64,000 nt of DNA from an uncultured virus (IMG/VR IMGVR_UViG_3300030061_001171) (Duplodnaviria > Heunggongvirae > Uroviricota > Caudoviricetes), in IMG/VR virus record IMGVR_UViG_3300030061_001171; one strand, written 5' to 3'. A program made the position numbers and the translations under genes. Positions 25,379 to 33,915 of the stretch are shown here, one piece after another. The number at the start of each line of letters is the position of its first letter. Position 1 is the stretch's first letter. Below the pieces are notes generated by a model, which saw only the letters and a list, made by a program, of their open reading frames with translations, was not told the origin of the DNA and made no database searches.

Positions 25379-25493
25379 GTCATCTTTATCATTCAAAGCC
25401 CTCAGACGGCCTCTCCGGGCCTCTGTAGGGATTCTCGGGACTGCCTTGCGTAAGGCGGCCCCTGCTTATTTCTTTCATAAGGAAACTGAACCG

Positions 25494-25733
25494 ATGAATA
25501 TTTGTCTTGAACACGAACTTGAAAGTACCCTTACAGAACTTCTTCGTGAAGACTACGAGGATGAGCTTGAGGGTATCGAGGACATCGATGACTTGTTGGA
25601 AGAGCTTTACGATCATATCCACGCGGATATTATTCCTATTGCTGAGAATTATTTTAGGAACAGCATCCCCGGCTTGACTAGGGAAACTGTTGAAACATTC
25701 GTATCAAACCATGAACCCGAGGAAAAAGAATGA
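25494..25733 (+). CDS. Acidic early protein, Ocr (T7 gp0.3)-like DNA mimic candidate
   Basis: 79 aa from ATG 25494 (SD AAGGA); 25 Asp/Glu versus 4 Lys/Arg; IEDIDDLLEELYDHIHADIIP resembles Ocr [20 protein letters not shown]. Confidence 0.5.
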   Translation: MNICLEHELESTLTELLREDYEDELEGIEDIDDLLEELYDHIHADIIPIAENYFRNSIPGLTRETVETFVSNHEPEEKE

Positions 25734-26065
25734 TACCCGAAGAGTTGGGAACTAAAGTAATCACGAATGAGCAGGGAGGCGTGTCCTTAGCCTCTTATCC
25801 TTTGGATAGCGGAAAGGAGGAACTGTTTAGGGTATTTGTATATGATGATGCTTCGGATTGCATTGGAGCTATCCGCACTTGGAACTTTACTGAAAAGAAA
25901 GAAGCCCTCAAGGCAGCTAAGGAACTTTGCGAAAGGTTCAATAGAGAGAAAGATCACATGAAGAATCTCCTTCGGTACTCTGTAAGAGTCCACCGATTTC
26001 ACGGCCCCGACCTACGGTACAGGTCAGGCCAACCACTGTTTGATTCAATGAAGGAATACCAATGA
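25730..26065 (+). CDS. Early hypothetical protein
   Basis: ATGA coupling on both sides; SD GAGG. Confidence 0.7.
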   Translation: MIPEELGTKVITNEQGGVSLASYPLDSGKEELFRVFVYDDASDCIGAIRTWNFTEKKEALKAAKELCERFNREKDHMKNLLRYSVRVHRFHGPDLRYRSGQPLFDSMKEYQ

Positions 26066-26283
26066 ATCAGAATGCAATTGATACGTACAAGAGATCACAA
26101 GCCTCTTTCACTCGCCCCAAGATCACCTCGGACAGTACTAAGTTGATGCAATTGTGTGTCAAGCTTAGGTGTATTGTCCCTGTGGTGGAGGGTCTAATGG
26201 CAGACGTACGGGAGATCTCTGAGGATATGGATGCTATCCGTAAGAGAATGGAGTACGGTCCCGATTATAAGGAATCTGAATAA
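26062..26283 (+). CDS. Early hypothetical protein
   Basis: SD AAGGA; ATGA and TAATG coupling. Confidence 0.7.
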   Translation: MNQNAIDTYKRSQASFTRPKITSDSTKLMQLCVKLRCIVPVVEGLMADVREISEDMDAIRKRMEYGPDYKESE

Positions 26284-26582
26284 TGATCGAAGAAGAGTAC
26301 GACTACCGTGATCACCATGTGGTGGTCGAGATTGAGTTGATGGAAGACAACCAGAAGATCTGGTACTTCGTAACCTGTCCTGACGGGGAAGAAAGGACTG
26401 TAGATGTCTCCCCCTACGGTAATCAGAATGAACTCGTAAAGAAATGGATTGAGATATTCATGAAGTTTGGGGAATACCCTGAACGTGTCGGGGTTGGTCC
26501 CTTGACTATGCACGATCTTTGTTTGATTGAAATGGGATATGATGCCGAAGCTGCACAAAAGAGTCCTAGAGATTTTAAATGA
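26283..26582 (+). CDS. Early hypothetical protein (acidic)
   Basis: SD AAGGA; TAATG coupling. Confidence 0.7.
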   Translation: MIEEEYDYRDHHVVVEIELMEDNQKIWYFVTCPDGEERTVDVSPYGNQNELVKKWIEIFMKFGEYPERVGVGPLTMHDLCLIEMGYDAEAAQKSPRDFK

Positions 26583-26588
26583 TTACCT

Positions 26589-26622
26589 GAGGTCTGCCAA
26601 TGTGGCGGGCCTCTGTTTATTT
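26589..26622 (+). terminator. Possible intrinsic terminator or processing hairpin
   Basis: GAGGTCTGCCA-ATG-TGGCGGGCCTC followed by TGTTTATTT. Confidence 0.45.
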
Positions 26623-26649
26623 CTATGCCGTAAAGGCAGAAAGACTATT

Positions 26650-26982
26650 ATGTCTAACTACAACACTAGCGTTTCTTCACCCGTCCGTGGCCGCATTACC
26701 CGCAAGGACGGTCTTCCGTTCACTGCAAAGGTGACCTTCTGGATCAACAAGACAGATCCAACGGCCAAGAAAACTTGGGAAGTGGACCTGAAGGGACACA
26801 CCATTCTCGAAATGCTTGATGAAGTTAAGCGAATCGAGAAGAACTACAAGGCTAAGTACGGTATCAAGTGCAGCCTGTGGAAGGTGAACAACGGTCCCAA
26901 CCTGTTCAAGGATCGCATTGAGGACATCAAGAAGTCCCGTCGTGAGTGGGCTGTCGCTCAGGCCGCCGGAGGTGAGCGTTGA
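26650..26982 (+). CDS. Early hypothetical basic protein (110 aa)
   Basis: Start moved to ATG 26650 (MSNYNTS); strongly biased AAG/ATC/CTG codon use. Confidence 0.75.
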   Translation: MSNYNTSVSSPVRGRITRKDGLPFTAKVTFWINKTDPTAKKTWEVDLKGHTILEMLDEVKRIEKNYKAKYGIKCSLWKVNNGPNLFKDRIEDIKKSRREWAVAQAAGGER

Positions 26983-27134
26983 GCGGCTGCTCCACAATGG
27001 AGGTGTCCCGAGTCCCCTCTGAGGCAAACGTCTCAGAGGGGGTCTCCGGGCCTCAGGTAGATGTGGTCACTGGCGTATTGTTTCTTGCGGTAATTGTAAT
27101 TATATGTTATGGTTGCCTAAAGAAGTCAGATTGA
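26979..27134 (+). CDS. Small membrane peptide (51 aa)
   Basis: TTG after SD GGAGGTGA; ...VVTGVLFLAVIVIICYGCLKKSD; contains a long hairpin at 27007-27050. Confidence 0.45.
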   Translation: MSGCSTMEVSRVPSEANVSEGVSGPQVDVVTGVLFLAVIVIICYGCLKKSD

Positions 27135-27156
27135 ATCCCCGATAGGAAGGTAGCGT

Positions 27157-27177
27157 CTAAAAACCCACGTTATAGTA
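27157..27177 (+). promoter_or_regulatory. Candidate phage RNAP promoter (variant)
   Basis: CTAAAAACCCACGTTATAGTA, intergenic, 21 nt before ATG 27199. Confidence 0.5.
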
Positions 27178-27198
27178 ACTACTTTCCAAGGAGATAAA

Positions 27199-27570
27199 AT
27201 GCGTAAGCTAGTTGATCGTGAAGGTTTTGTTGTGGCAGGTTGTTGGGAGAAAGCTACTAACCTTGTAGTGAAAGACAAGGTATATTTAATTGTAGATAGA
27301 ACCCATCAGGATAAGAACCTCAATGAGGTACAACAGTTACACAATAAAGGTGAATTGAATGTACATGATCCTGTTTGGCATCACTTCCCTGCTACTAAAG
27401 AGCAGCCTCAGGGTATGCTCAAGGTATTCCCTAGTATTGCACAGCAGTGGAAGAACCAGATGAATAAGAAGTACATCAAGCCTCACACCCATAAGTTGGA
27501 TAGCATTGACTCATCTAAGTTTAATGTTATCTTGTCTAAGTATCGTTATGAATTTTCAGAAAGTAAGTAA
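27199..27570 (+). CDS. Hypothetical protein
   Basis: SD AAGGAG; 123 aa. Confidence 0.75.
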   Translation: MRKLVDREGFVVAGCWEKATNLVVKDKVYLIVDRTHQDKNLNEVQQLHNKGELNVHDPVWHHFPATKEQPQGMLKVFPSIAQQWKNQMNKKYIKPHTHKLDSIDSSKFNVILSKYRYEFSESK

Positions 27571-27571
27571 T

Positions 27572-27724
27572 ATGATTTGGAAGATTGTACGTAGTGGTTC
27601 TTGGTTCAACGTTGTCGTTGTTTCTACTAACAAGGTGGAGGACGGCTTTAACAATAAGGAAGATGCTGAACGTTTCATGGCACACCTTGAAGCTGAAGAC
27701 GGGAGGGATGTAGCTAATGGATAA
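27572..27724 (+). CDS. Small hypothetical protein (50 aa)
   Basis: MIWKIVRSGSWFNVV...GFNNKEDAERF; packed between neighbours. Confidence 0.6.
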   Translation: MIWKIVRSGSWFNVVVVSTNKVEDGFNNKEDAERFMAHLEAEDGRDVANG

Positions 27725-27923
27725 AGAAATTGCAAACGATTTGGATACTATTTCCAACAAAGCGTTTATCGCTTTTCAGTATTACAAAGAAGAATGGGCT
27801 GACTATTCTAAAGAAGAAATAAATAAGTTTATTCTTCGTGATATTAATAAGATTCAAGAACTAATTGATGGCATTAAACTTAAAATTAAGGAGGCTTCTG
27901 AATGTGTGCCTACGGTAGAGTAA
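27717..27923 (+). CDS. Small hypothetical protein
   Basis: SD GGAGG; overlaps neighbours by a few codons. Confidence 0.6.
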   Translation: MDKEIANDLDTISNKAFIAFQYYKEEWADYSKEEINKFILRDINKIQELIDGIKLKIKEASECVPTVE

Positions 27924-28144
27924 TAGTAAAAATAGAATACAGAGGAACCATAATGGAAAGTATGTGGTTCCAATCCTACGAAGAAGAACTATCAGATAGT
28001 CACAAAGAACACATTAAACACCACGTTAGTGAACACTATCCCGGTGAAGAAGATCACGTTCGTATCCTTCACCGTCTTGAAGACATCTCAGCAGAAATCA
28101 TGGGAGAACCAGATGAGTTTGTTTCTAGTGCCAATGAAGATTGA
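27902..28144 (+). CDS. Small acidic hypothetical protein
   Basis: SD AAGGAGG 7 nt upstream. Confidence 0.6.
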   Translation: MCAYGRVIVKIEYRGTIMESMWFQSYEEELSDSHKEHIKHHVSEHYPGEEDHVRILHRLEDISAEIMGEPDEFVSSANED

Positions 28145-28790
28145 TTTTGTTGATAGCATGGGCGGTGACTTGACTACTGTTAACTGCGCCCGTGTCTCGT
28201 TTGGTAAGCACGCTAATAAACTTTCCGAGCATGATAAAAGATTGATTACTTATCTTGCTAAACATGATCACTTCACTCCGTTTACCCATAGTACTATAAC
28301 TTTTAGAGCAAAGGTTCCTATCTTCATTGCTCGTCAGTGGTTCAAGCATACAGTAGGATTTTCATACAATGAAATGTCTCGTCGTTATATTGACGAGAAT
28401 CCTGAACTGTATGACATTCTAGACACATGGAGAAAGAGACCTAACAAGTCAATCAAGCAGGGATCTTCAACTGAATACGTTGACCTAGAATCAGATGAAA
28501 CACAAGATGATATCTTGGCTCACATGCTAGGTGGTATTGATATGTATAATTTTCTAATTGAATCAGGTGTATGCCCTGAACAAGCACGATGTGTCTTGCC
28601 TCAGAATGTAATGACTGAGTTCATTGTAACTGGTAGTTTGTCAGCGTGGGCTAGGTTCTACAAGCTACGCTCTGACTCACACGCACAGCAAGAGATTCGT
28701 TGGTGTGCTAATGAGATTGATAAACAAATTAGAAACTTACCTCAGTTTACTTACTCTTGGTTCGCGCTTAAGGAGAACAGCAATGGCTAA
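28134..28790 (+). CDS. thyX: Flavin-dependent thymidylate synthase
   Basis: VNCARVSF, HFTPF, PIFIARQWFKHTVGFSYNEMSRRY, PEQAR.VLP, HAQQEIR; start placed at MKIDFVDSMG. Confidence 0.95.
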   Translation: MKIDFVDSMGGDLTTVNCARVSFGKHANKLSEHDKRLITYLAKHDHFTPFTHSTITFRAKVPIFIARQWFKHTVGFSYNEMSRRYIDENPELYDILDTWRKRPNKSIKQGSSTEYVDLESDETQDDILAHMLGGIDMYNFLIESGVCPEQARCVLPQNVMTEFIVTGSLSAWARFYKLRSDSHAQQEIRWCANEIDKQIRNLPQFTYSWFALKENSNG

Positions 28791-28893
28791 AGGTTTGAAG
28801 ATTGTAAAAGATTTTAAAGGTAAAACGTCTGGTCGCCCCCGACGTTCAAAGAAAAATAAATATGGCATTAGAAAACGTGGAAGAAAGAATTAA
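28783..28893 (+). CDS. Tiny basic protein (36 aa)
   Basis: SD AAGGAG; MAKGLKIVKDFKGKTSGRPRRSKKNKYGIRKRGRKN. Confidence 0.55.
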   Translation: MAKGLKIVKDFKGKTSGRPRRSKKNKYGIRKRGRKN

Positions 28894-29392
28894 AGGTAAG
28901 GTCATTAAAGGATATGGTATAGCTAAACTTATAGGTTGGCCTACTATTAATATTCTTAATGAAACAAATACTTTTCCTAGTATTTACTATATTTCTCATA
29001 ATACTTATGGTCAAGGAGTTGCAATTGTATTAAATAAATCTATTGAAATACACTTTTTAAAAACAGTAAATAATTTTACAGATGAATACATTAGTGTAGA
29101 CATATTGTTTAATCTGTTTAAAGATAACATAAAAGCAATACCTAATAATATAATAGGTATTTTATACAAAGGAATATTGGAAGAAAGAAAAATGTCCCCG
29201 AAAAACAACAATGACTTTAGAAAACTTGATCGAGCAAAGGATAAGATTAAGTTACCTAAAAAAAAGCAAAGATCACAATGGTCTGAATCAGCTAGTGATA
29301 ATTTAAATCTACCTGATGATTCAGTCGATATTCATCCAGATGATTGGCTTAATTTTGATGATAATTCAAATGAAAGTGAAGGTGCTGATTGA
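28862..29392 (+). CDS. Riboflavin kinase-like (divergent) domain with charged C-terminal extension
   Basis: IKGKVIKGYGIAKLIGWPTINI and SIEIHFL resemble GxVVxGxxxGRxLGFPTAN and xEvHll of flavokinases; exact start uncertain. Confidence 0.55.
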   Translation: MALENVEERIKGKVIKGYGIAKLIGWPTINILNETNTFPSIYYISHNTYGQGVAIVLNKSIEIHFLKTVNNFTDEYISVDILFNLFKDNIKAIPNNIIGILYKGILEERKMSPKNNNDFRKLDRAKDKIKLPKKKQRSQWSESASDNLNLPDDSVDIHPDDWLNFDDNSNESEGAD

Positions 29393-29505
29393 CTGGAGCA
29401 GATGGTTTGCTAATATATCAGATGGGTTGTTTTGATTACTTCATTGCTTTAGGAATTACCGGGCTTGCGTTAAGCTTGGTTATGAAATTTTTTGATAAAG
29501 ATTAA
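29389..29505 (+). CDS. Small membrane peptide (38 aa)
   Basis: TTGA overlap with upstream stop; YFIALGITGLALSLVMKFF hydrophobic segment. Confidence 0.4.
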   Translation: MTGADGLLIYQMGCFDYFIALGITGLALSLVMKFFDKD

Positions 29506-29517
29506 GGAATTATAATT

Positions 29518-30498
29518 ATGTCACACGAAATTACTGCTACCGACTCCGCCGTCTTTCAGGGAACCAAGGCTTGGCACGGACTGGGCTATGTTGTTGAGGA
29601 TGATATGAGTCCTCTTGCTGCTGTTGAAACTGCTGGCCTTGATTGGTATGTTCACAAGACTGACGGTGTGTTTGGTTACACCGACAAGGGTACGACCGTA
29701 ATGGATCACAAGCGTTGCATGACATACCGTGAAGACACCAAGGAATCACTTGGTTATGTGTCTCAGGACTACAATGTCTTCCAGAATGTGGAACTTGCCA
29801 AGCTTGCGATGTCTGTCTCAGAGAAAGCTAATGTTGAGTCTGCCTTCTCTATGATGGGCGGTAAGCGTATCGTCCTGCTACTCAAGGGTGGCAGCATTGA
29901 AGTTGGTAACATGAACGATGTGCTTGATGATTACTTCTGCCTTGTCAACGGTCACGATGGTAAGTTCTCTCTTCGTGCCTTCGGTACGTCAGTGCGAGTG
30001 GTGTGTAACAACACGCTTCAGATGGCACTGTCGCAGGCCAGAGGTCAGACCTATTCGATCAGTCACAATGGTGACTTCGAGACTAAGCTTGATGATATGC
30101 GTCGAGCGTTGGGTCAGTACACCAAGTCACGCGACTGGTTTGCTACTACCGTTAACGAACTTGCAAAGAAAGAAGTTAATACTAATGTTCTTGAAACGTT
30201 CTGGATGGAAGCATTCGCAATGACTGTGGGTGATGATGTCCTTAAGGATCGTGACCGTTCGATCAAGGAGTCCATCAAGTTCCTTGAGAACGTCAAGGTT
30301 ACCTTTGAACAAGAACGTGACGCACTTAAGGTGCCTGCTTCCATGTGGCTTGCTGCTAATGCAGTGACCAATTACGTGCAGCACAAGACCGCTGACCGTG
30401 GACGCAAGGCTTCATACGAAAGTCGGGCTGGCGACGTGCTTATGGGCAAGAGGGCTGACCTCTCCCGTAAGGTGATGAAGCACGCCATGACCGTGTAA
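29518..30498 (+). CDS. DUF932 / TIGR03299-type phage-plasmid protein
   Basis: AWHGLG, AGLDW, VNGHDG, VRVVCNNTL, NAVTNYVQH motifs. Confidence 0.88.
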   Translation: MSHEITATDSAVFQGTKAWHGLGYVVEDDMSPLAAVETAGLDWYVHKTDGVFGYTDKGTTVMDHKRCMTYREDTKESLGYVSQDYNVFQNVELAKLAMSVSEKANVESAFSMMGGKRIVLLLKGGSIEVGNMNDVLDDYFCLVNGHDGKFSLRAFGTSVRVVCNNTLQMALSQARGQTYSISHNGDFETKLDDMRRALGQYTKSRDWFATTVNELAKKEVNTNVLETFWMEAFAMTVGDDVLKDRDRSIKESIKFLENVKVTFEQERDALKVPASMWLAANAVTNYVQHKTADRGRKASYESRAGDVLMGKRADLSRKVMKHAMTV

Positions 30499-30526
30499 TC
30501 CCCCCGCCCCCTTCGGGGGGCAACCT

Positions 30527-30599
30527 GCCCTCATAGCTCAGTTGGTAGAGCATTCGGCTTTTAACCGATCGGTCGCAGGTTCGAGTCCTGCTGAGGGTA
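30527..30599 (+). tRNA. tRNA-Lys(UUU)
   Basis: Acceptor GCCCTCA/TGAGGGT, D arm GCTCAGTTGGTAGAGC, anticodon loop CT-TTT-AA, T arm GCAGGTTCGAGTCCTGC; CCA not encoded. Confidence 0.95.
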
Positions 30600-30603
30600 T
30601 TAT

Positions 30604-30688
30604 GGCTCTGTGGCGGAATTGGCAGACGCAACGGACTTAAAATCCGTCGAGGGTAAACCTCATGGGGGTTCGAGTCCCCCCGGAGCTA
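30604..30688 (+). tRNA. tRNA-Leu(UAA)
   Basis: Acceptor GGCTCTG/CGGAGCT, anticodon arm ACGGA-CT-TAA-AA-TCCGT, long variable arm, T arm GGGGGTTCGAGTCCCCC; CCA not encoded. Confidence 0.95.
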
Positions 30689-30704
30689 TTGAAAGGAGGT
30701 GCTT

Positions 30705-30860
30705 ATGTACGGCAAAGGAGATAAGTATCGAGACGTTGATAAGAAAAGGTATGATGAACAGTACGAAAAAATCTTTGGTAAGAAAAAGTTAAACAACGCA
30801 GAGAGTAACACTAAATGCAAACATGGAAAGACTACACGAAAGAAGAGCAAACAAGGTTAA
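30705..30860 (+). CDS. Small basic phage protein (GKGDK..R..YE.IF type, 51 aa)
   Basis: SD GAAAGGAGGT; MYGKGDKYRDVDKKRYDEQYEKIFGKKK... Confidence 0.65.
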   Translation: MYGKGDKYRDVDKKRYDEQYEKIFGKKKLNNAESNTKCKHGKTTRKKSKQG

Positions 30861-33361
30861 TAAACCTTCAGTTATCTAATGAAGATCGCGCTGCTAATCA
30901 ATCGATTAACAAGTATCTTCATAATGTTAACCACAGTCCTTCATCTTCTCCTCGTGAAAAAGAATTTGTATTTGATTACAGTGAGTACTTAGCTAACTAC
31001 CTTGAGTGGACAGAAGAAAAGTATAAAGATGTCAAGAAGAAACCTTACTGGTTAACTATTGCACAACTACTTGGACCCGAACGCTGCGCTTGTATTGTTG
31101 TAAAGGTATTGTTAGATAGCTGCCTGTCATCTAGGTTAATTCAAACTGCTGATGGTATTAAATACGACAGCAATAACTTGGGTGATTTCAAGGGGCAGAC
31201 TAAGCAAAGTGTACTCAGTCGAATAGCCCGTGAGCTATGGCTTGCCATTGGTATTAGGTCAGCTAAAGAAAACTACTCAGAAGATTTCTTTAGGCAATCA
31301 CATTACTTTAAGAACTGGAATAAGAAACGCATGAAAGCGTTTGCTAAAAAATGCCAGACGTTACCTAAATGGGATAACAAAAAAAGAAATGTAGTTGCAC
31401 TGTCTTTCTACGCATTGATGGTAGGCGACGAGGATAGTGTCATGCCTTTTGTCGATGATACTATTACTATTGTTAAGAACAATCAGATTAAGAAGTATAC
31501 TATTGTAACCCTTCGTGATGAGTTTACTAATAACTTTGAAGAGTTCCATGCGTTCTATCAATACTACAAGTGGTTGTATTATCCTATGGTTGTTCCTCCC
31601 ATCCCACACCAGTGGCCTTGTAATACGCCTGATGAGTACGGAGGATCCCTTAACATAGAGTATAGGAAGTCATCGATACATAATTCCCGTGCTGGTAGTT
31701 ATCATAAGAATAACTCTCAGCATTCTCGTTCGTCTGTAGAAACGTTAAACAATTTACAGCAAACGGAATGGAAGGTTAACAAGCGTGTGCTTGCAGTACT
31801 TGAAAACTTATACAAGTCAAACAATCAAGTGTGCAACCTGCCTCTATTTGAGTTAAGTGAGTTTGTGTTTGCGGATCCTTATCCTGAAGAAGGAACTAAA
31901 GAAGAGATAGGCAAATGGAAACAAAAGAGGACCGAGTGCTGGGGTGAATGGGAAAAGTCTAAACAAAAAAGAATGCAAATGGAAATGCGTTTACTTATTG
32001 CTAATGACTTAGGGGATTTAAACTTTTGGCATAGTTACTCATGCGACTTCCGTGGCCGTGCTTACACCCAGTCTACTATCCTATCTCCGCAAAGCGGTGA
32101 CTTTGATGCTGGCCTTATTCAATTCGCTAAAGGTACAGAAGTAGATGATGGTATGTTGTACTGGATTAAAGTTAATGTAGCCAACCTGTGGGATCAAGAC
32201 AAGATCCCTTTCGATGATCGTGTTAAATGGGTTGACAACAACATTGAAATGTTAAGTCAAGTAGCGCAGTTTCCAGAAGAAACAGTAAGGTTATGGGAAG
32301 ATGATAAGAAAAAGAAGAATGTTTCCTTTCGTAGATTGGCTGCTACTTTTGATTTGTTTAGTGCTATTAATATTAAACTTTCTTTTATACCGATTCATCT
32401 TGACGGAACTTGTAACGGCATACAACACTGGGTTGCAGCTATGCTTGACGAAATGCTTGCCTCTTATGTAAACGTATGTGATACAGCCAAGCCCGGTGAC
32501 ATGTATAACTTTATTGCTTCTATGTCAACAGACAAAATGATCGCAGAAAGAACAGAAAATGATTACTTCGATTTGTTCTTGACTCATTGGGAAGAAACTA
32601 CTGACGATAATAAGATGCCTCGTAGCTTGCCGAAGCGTACAGTTATGTGCGATCCTTACGGAGTTACATACTATTCAGCCCGTCAGTACATTAGATCAGA
32701 AGGACATCTTGACTGGTGTCGTGACATGCTTGAGCCGAAAGGCTTGAGTTGGCAAGGAGCTATTGTTGAATGCACTTCAGTTATTTGGGAGTCATTACAA
32801 GAAGCTTTGATTCGGCCTAACCTAGCTAAGGAGTATATTAAAAGTTGCGTTGAGTTGTGTTATAACGATGACGAAAGAAAAAAGAAACCACTTGAATGGG
32901 TGACACCTAATGGTTTTAAAGTTAGGCAGTACTACACTGAACACATTGAGTATATTACTGATATAGCTTTATTACTTAAGAACGACGTACGCATCCGGCA
33001 TACAGCAGAGATGTGGCAGTTTACTGATGAAATGAATCCACGAAAGATGATGACGGCAATCCCACCTAACTGGGTGCATTCATTGGACGCGGCCCACATG
33101 AGTATGGTAGTTAACTATCTTGCTCGTGCGGGTTGCAAAAACTTTTCTATGATTCACGATAGCTTTGGTGTTACATGTGACTTCGCTAAACAACTAAGTG
33201 AAGTAGTAAGGATAATGTTCTATGAGATACATAAAGAAAACCAACTCATTAAATTCAAACAAAGTATTGAAAACTTTGTGGAACACCCCGTCCCAGACCC
33301 ACCCGAAAGAGGTAGCCTTGACCCAGAAGAAATCCTCAGATCCACCTATCTCTTCAACTGA
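30815..33361 (+). CDS. T7-type single-subunit DNA-directed RNA polymerase
   Basis: DFRGRAY, motif A LDGTCNGIQH, motif B RSLPKRTVMCDPYG, PNWVHSLDA, motif C IHDSF. Confidence 0.97.
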   Translation: MQTWKDYTKEEQTRLINLQLSNEDRAANQSINKYLHNVNHSPSSSPREKEFVFDYSEYLANYLEWTEEKYKDVKKKPYWLTIAQLLGPERCACIVVKVLLDSCLSSRLIQTADGIKYDSNNLGDFKGQTKQSVLSRIARELWLAIGIRSAKENYSEDFFRQSHYFKNWNKKRMKAFAKKCQTLPKWDNKKRNVVALSFYALMVGDEDSVMPFVDDTITIVKNNQIKKYTIVTLRDEFTNNFEEFHAFYQYYKWLYYPMVVPPIPHQWPCNTPDEYGGSLNIEYRKSSIHNSRAGSYHKNNSQHSRSSVETLNNLQQTEWKVNKRVLAVLENLYKSNNQVCNLPLFELSEFVFADPYPEEGTKEEIGKWKQKRTECWGEWEKSKQKRMQMEMRLLIANDLGDLNFWHSYSCDFRGRAYTQSTILSPQSGDFDAGLIQFAKGTEVDDGMLYWIKVNVANLWDQDKIPFDDRVKWVDNNIEMLSQVAQFPEETVRLWEDDKKKKNVSFRRLAATFDLFSAINIKLSFIPIHLDGTCNGIQHWVAAMLDEMLASYVNVCDTAKPGDMYNFIASMSTDKMIAERTENDYFDLFLTHWEETTDDNKMPRSLPKRTVMCDPYGVTYYSARQYIRSEGHLDWCRDMLEPKGLSWQGAIVECTSVIWESLQEALIRPNLAKEYIKSCVELCYNDDERKKKPLEWVTPNGFKVRQYYTEHIEYITDIALLLKNDVRIRHTAEMWQFTDEMNPRKMMTAIPPNWVHSLDAAHMSMVVNYLARAGCKNFSMIHDSFGVTCDFAKQLSEVVRIMFYEIHKENQLIKFKQSIENFVEHPVPDPPERGSLDPEEILRSTYLFN

Positions 33362-33671
33362 TTGGTTGAAAGATATCATTGACTCTGGTACAATGGTACG
33401 TATTGATTGGGTGGATGCTCAAACATCGGGTGGCCCCGGTTGGGTTGAAGCTGAAGATATGCAACAGTGGGCCTTTGACAAATGTGTATTGGTCACAACA
33501 ATAGGATTTGTTTTAAATGAAACTGACAATAGTATCTCTCTTACTGATGCTATTCAACACGACGGAACTGCTGGAGGTTCAGTTCATACAATACCAAAAG
33601 AAATGATTAAATCTGTACACGAACTAGGTATTATTATGGAGACAGAAGATGATGACAACGGAACCACATGA
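33318..33671 (+). CDS. Conserved phage hypothetical protein
   Basis: VRIDWVDA..GW...TTIGFVL...IPKEMIKSV pattern; start uncertain (TTG after GAGG). Confidence 0.65.
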   Translation: MTQKKSSDPPISSTDWLKDIIDSGTMVRIDWVDAQTSGGPGWVEAEDMQQWAFDKCVLVTTIGFVLNETDNSISLTDAIQHDGTAGGSVHTIPKEMIKSVHELGIIMETEDDDNGTT

Positions 33672-33915
33672 TATGATGGTACTAGGTGAGCAAGATATGG
33701 AAGATGCTCTTGGTACTATTGAAGAAAATATAGCTACTAAAACGGAATCTGTTTACCATATTTATTTGCCTCATATTAACTGGGTAAAAATTATACTAGA
33801 AAACATTACGACTATTGGCGAAAAGCTAATTGATCCTGATAACATTAACGAGAACTTGGTACAAATTGAATTTATCATTGAAGGAACAGACTATGACGAA
33901 CCAGATTACGAGTAA
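33649..33915 (+). CDS. Acidic hypothetical protein
   Basis: SD GGAG; packed between neighbours. Confidence 0.65.
   Translation: MMTTEPHDMMVLGEQDMEDALGTIEENIATKTESVYHIYLPHINWVKIILENITTIGEKLIDPDNINENLVQIEFIIEGTDYDEPDYE

Noticed and set aside
25221..25493. N-terminal extension of track ORF 25221-25733
   Set aside because: Translation of the repeat spacer; ATG 25494 has an SD and a distinct composition
27118..27145. Sigma-28-like promoter TAAA-N16-CCCGATAG
   Set aside because: Single imperfect match overlapping a coding end; likely chance in the absence of other copies
30689..30704. tRNA-associated theta (HDV-like) or hammerhead ribozyme
   Set aside because: Sequence after the tRNAs goes straight into an SD and ORF; no CUGAnGA/GAAA core recognised by eye in intergenic regions
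30610..30792. Track ORFs overlapping the tRNA genes
   Set aside because: Shadow translations of tRNA sequence
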